A stretch of 53,472 bases of DNA from a virus. Shown here piece by piece: positions 51,603-53,472 of this stretch. The stretch lies in the IMG/VR virus record IMGVR_UViG_3300002307_000006, positions 1 through 53,472 of that record. One strand, 5' to 3'. The notes under the pieces were generated by a model. That model had not been told where the DNA came from and did no database searches. It saw only the letters and a list, made by a program, of their open reading frames with translations. Position 1 is the stretch's first letter. Every line of letters begins with the position of its first letter. The position numbers and the translations under genes were made by a program.

Positions 51603-53472
51603 TAGAATGTTCCTCCGGTAATGCCACCTGTAATCGCACCAGTTGCGGCATTGCAAGTTATCGTTGAGTTTACCAATTGCGGCAGATTTCCACTAGTAGC
51701 AGTGACAAAAGTTAAGTAATTTGTTGCACCTGTGGAAGCCAGTGTGATGCCAGTGTTTGTGGCATTTCCTGCGCTTGCCGCATTCAAATTTGCCACCTGA
51801 GTTGTTGATGCCACCGTGAACGGTGCAGTGCCTGTCGCAACGGTCGAAGTGATCACGCCAGAGGCTGAAATCGTCGAGAACGATGCGGCGTTACCCAAGA
51901 TCGCAAAAGCACCAGCAGAACCAGTATTTACGCCCAAAGCAGTGGCTACACCCGTACCTAGACCAGTAATCGACCCAACGGCTGGGGTCACGGTCGTGTT
52001 GCCGGCCAAAGTCAGTTGACCTTGAGCGTTGACAGTAAATGTACCAACTTGAGTTGCAGAACCGTATGATCCAGCGGTTACAGCGGTATTGCTGATGCTA
52101 AATACGTTTGATCCAGAAAGGCTTAATCCAGTGCCTGCGGTGTAGTTTTGAACTAGACTAAACAAGCCAAAAGTAATGTTTGTTGTACCAAATACGATTG
52201 TGCCTATGTTGCTACATATATACGCCTCACCAGAATCACCGCCACCAGTGACAAGGAAGTAAGCACCTTGATCTAGGTAGTTAGGGCCGCCATTAGGCAG
52301 ATACTTGTTTGCATCAGTAGATCGAGTCAATATCCATGGGGATACAGATGCCACGCCTACTTGAGTTACGTAGTAGCAACCGTTTTGAAACGCAGAAGTT
52401 TGGCCAAGAACCAAAATTCGGTCATTCAATACAGCGGTGTAACCTTCAAGAACCAGCGGGCCGTTTGTGGTCGATGTCAATGTTGCGCCCACACCGGAAT
52501 TGGCACGAGACGTAATGGATAACCCTGATCCATTGGTCAACGAAGTGATTTGAGCGCCTTCATATGCCAACGACAAAGTGATTGCAGTTGTAGAGACAAT
52601 GCTCTCAACAAAATACGCTGTACCTGCGGTCAACCCGTTTGTAGTTGATCCAAAGACAATTACGTCCCATTGAGACAGTCCATGAGCAGAACCAGTCGTC
52701 AATGTGTTGTTTGTAGTGATGGTCGTCCAAGTTGGAGTCGTTCCACCGGTTACATAGGTAGATGCAAGGTTGGTATCAGAGTCATCTACCACTGCGGTGT
52801 GAACATCAATACCGGCCGCCAAAGCGTTATCTACATAAGACTTGGTGGCCAACTGCAAACCAGTTGTTGGGTTTTGCGTAACTGTGACAGAAGTCAAGCC
52901 AACAGGGGCCAAAGAAGTGCCGCCAAGGGCAATGTTGGTTGTTCCCAGCGTAATAGAACTGTTGACCAGAGCCGAGTTAGGGATATTGGTAAACGTGTTG
53001 CTAGAGCCACTCATTGACTTGTTTGTCAATGTTTGGGTCGCTGTATTGGTTGTAACGGTGTCACCGGCCACACTAGCACTTACAGACGCGGTCAATGTAG
53101 TAAAAGCACCGGTACTGGCGGTAGAGCCGCCAATTGGGGTGTTATTGATTGTGCCGCCAGTAAAACCACCGCCAGTGATTGTTTTTCCGGTAAACGTCAA
53201 AGCAGTTGGCAAAGACAGGGTGACAGTCGTCGTTCCTGTTGAAGTTATTTCGTTTGCTGTACCATTGATTGTGGTCACCGCGCCAATAGCGGAGGCACTA
53301 ATATTGACACTTGCGGCCGTAGTCAACTGCCCTTGCGCATTAACTGTGAAGGTTCCGACCTGTGTTGTAGAGCCATAAGACCCGGCAGTCACAGTAGTAT
53401 TGGCAATTGAAATCGTACCAGTACCAAAAATAGGGCCGCCAGTTAAGCCTGTACCGGTATCAATCTCAGTTA
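51602..53472 (-). CDS. Tail fibre protein 1, C-terminal part (continuation of 814->1 across the junction)
   Basis: The track ORF starts only at an internal GTG (53392). The frame is open to the window end and in phase with 814->1. Internal repeat TAGSYGS(T/A)[15 protein letters not shown] occurs twice. Confidence 0.8.
   Translation of the reverse strand, partial: TEIDTGTGLTGGPIFGTGTISIANTTVTAGSYGSTTQVGTFTVNAQGQLTTAASVNISASAIGAVTTINGTANEITSTGTTTVTLSLPTALTFTGKTITGGGFTGGTINNTPIGGSTASTGAFTTLTASVSASVAGDTVTTNTATQTLTNKSMSGSSNTFTNIPNSALVNSSITLGTTNIALGGTSLAPVGLTSVTVTQNPTTGLQLATKSYVDNALAAGIDVHTAVVDDSDTNLASTYVTGGTTPTWTTITTNNTLTTGSAHGLSQWDVIVFGSTTNGLTAGTAYFVESIVSTTAITLSLAYEGAQITSLTNGSGLSITSRANSGVGATLTSTTNGPLVLEGYTAVLNDRILVLGQTSAFQNGCYYVTQVGVASVSPWILTRSTDANKYLPNGGPNYLDQGAYFLVTGGGDSGEAYICSNIGTIVFGTTNITFGLFSLVQNYTAGTGLSLSGSNVFSISNTAVTAGSYGSATQVGTFTVNAQGQLTLAGNTTVTPAVGSITGLGTGVATALGVNTGSAGAFAILGNAASFSTISASGVITSTVATGTAPFTVASTTQVANLNAASAGNATNTGITLASTGATNYLTFVTATSGNLPQLVNSTITCNAATGAITGGITGGTF
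53386..53472. repeat. Terminal overlap, copy 2 (identical to 1-87)
   Basis: See copy 1. Confidence 0.95.

Noticed and set aside
51602-53392. Internal repeat TAGSYGS(T/A)[15 protein letters not shown] in fibre 1 considered as a DGR template/variable repeat pair
   Set aside because: No reverse transcriptase or accessory gene exists in the genome. The differences are not adenine-specific. This repeat is a common structural unit of phage fibres.
1-53472. CRISPR arrays, tRNA/rRNA genes, transposases/IS elements, toxin-antitoxin pairs, retron/RT elements
   Set aside because: I scanned intergenic gaps and ORF translations. No spaced direct repeats, cloverleaf candidates, DDE/serine/tyrosine recombinase motifs or RT motifs (YxDD) were found.

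Overview
The window is one essentially complete, circularly closed genome of a tailed dsDNA bacteriophage. It has 53,385 unique bp: nt 1-87 are repeated exactly at 53386-53472, and the junction falls inside a tail-fibre gene. The genome is gene-dense, almost all on the minus strand, with many ATGA/TAATG stop-start overlaps. Layout: (i) An early/replication block runs 26983->18297. It holds a Cro-like HTH protein, a DUF1376-type initiator carrying ori-like iterons, a CHC2 zinc-finger protein, a DnaB/RepA-like helicase, RusA, an HNH/Ref-like nuclease, a DUF932 protein and many small ORFs. (ii) A short plus-strand early operon at 27106-29938 holds an SSB-like protein ending in DDDIPF, a lipoprotein and a PD-(D/E)XK nuclease. 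(iii) A ~41-kb late block runs 17943->1 and continues 53385->29997. It encodes TerS, TerL, a 1271-aa multidomain protein, portal, a GroES-like protein, a scaffold-like protein, an HK97-type major capsid protein and a hyper-basic K/G-rich protein. These are followed by five tail-fibre paralogues and a lysis cassette (M15 endolysin, two holin-like proteins, tail-anchored proteins). Last come adaptor/tail proteins and a run of low-complexity internal-virion (ejection) proteins, the final one carrying an M15 peptidase domain. No integrase, CI-type repressor, DNA polymerase, tRNA, rRNA, CRISPR array or transposase was recognised. A podovirus-like architecture and a Gram-negative (proteobacterial) host are inferred, not proven. 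The most unusual content is: (a) a translationally coupled acyl-carrier-protein + Cys-His-His ketosynthase pair, with two unknown small ORFs, sitting between tail genes and ejection-protein genes; (b) a canonical A_AAA_AAG -1 slippery site (or homopolymer error) in a lysis-cassette gene; (c) a [LMFY]-x-x-G-G motif recurring more than 20 times across otherwise unrelated virion-module proteins; (d) lambda-like iterons inside the initiator gene; (e) duplicated early promoter/5'-UTR cassettes with an AACGAAAGCGA leader. All calls rest on reading the sequence and ORF translations by eye; no database search was run.
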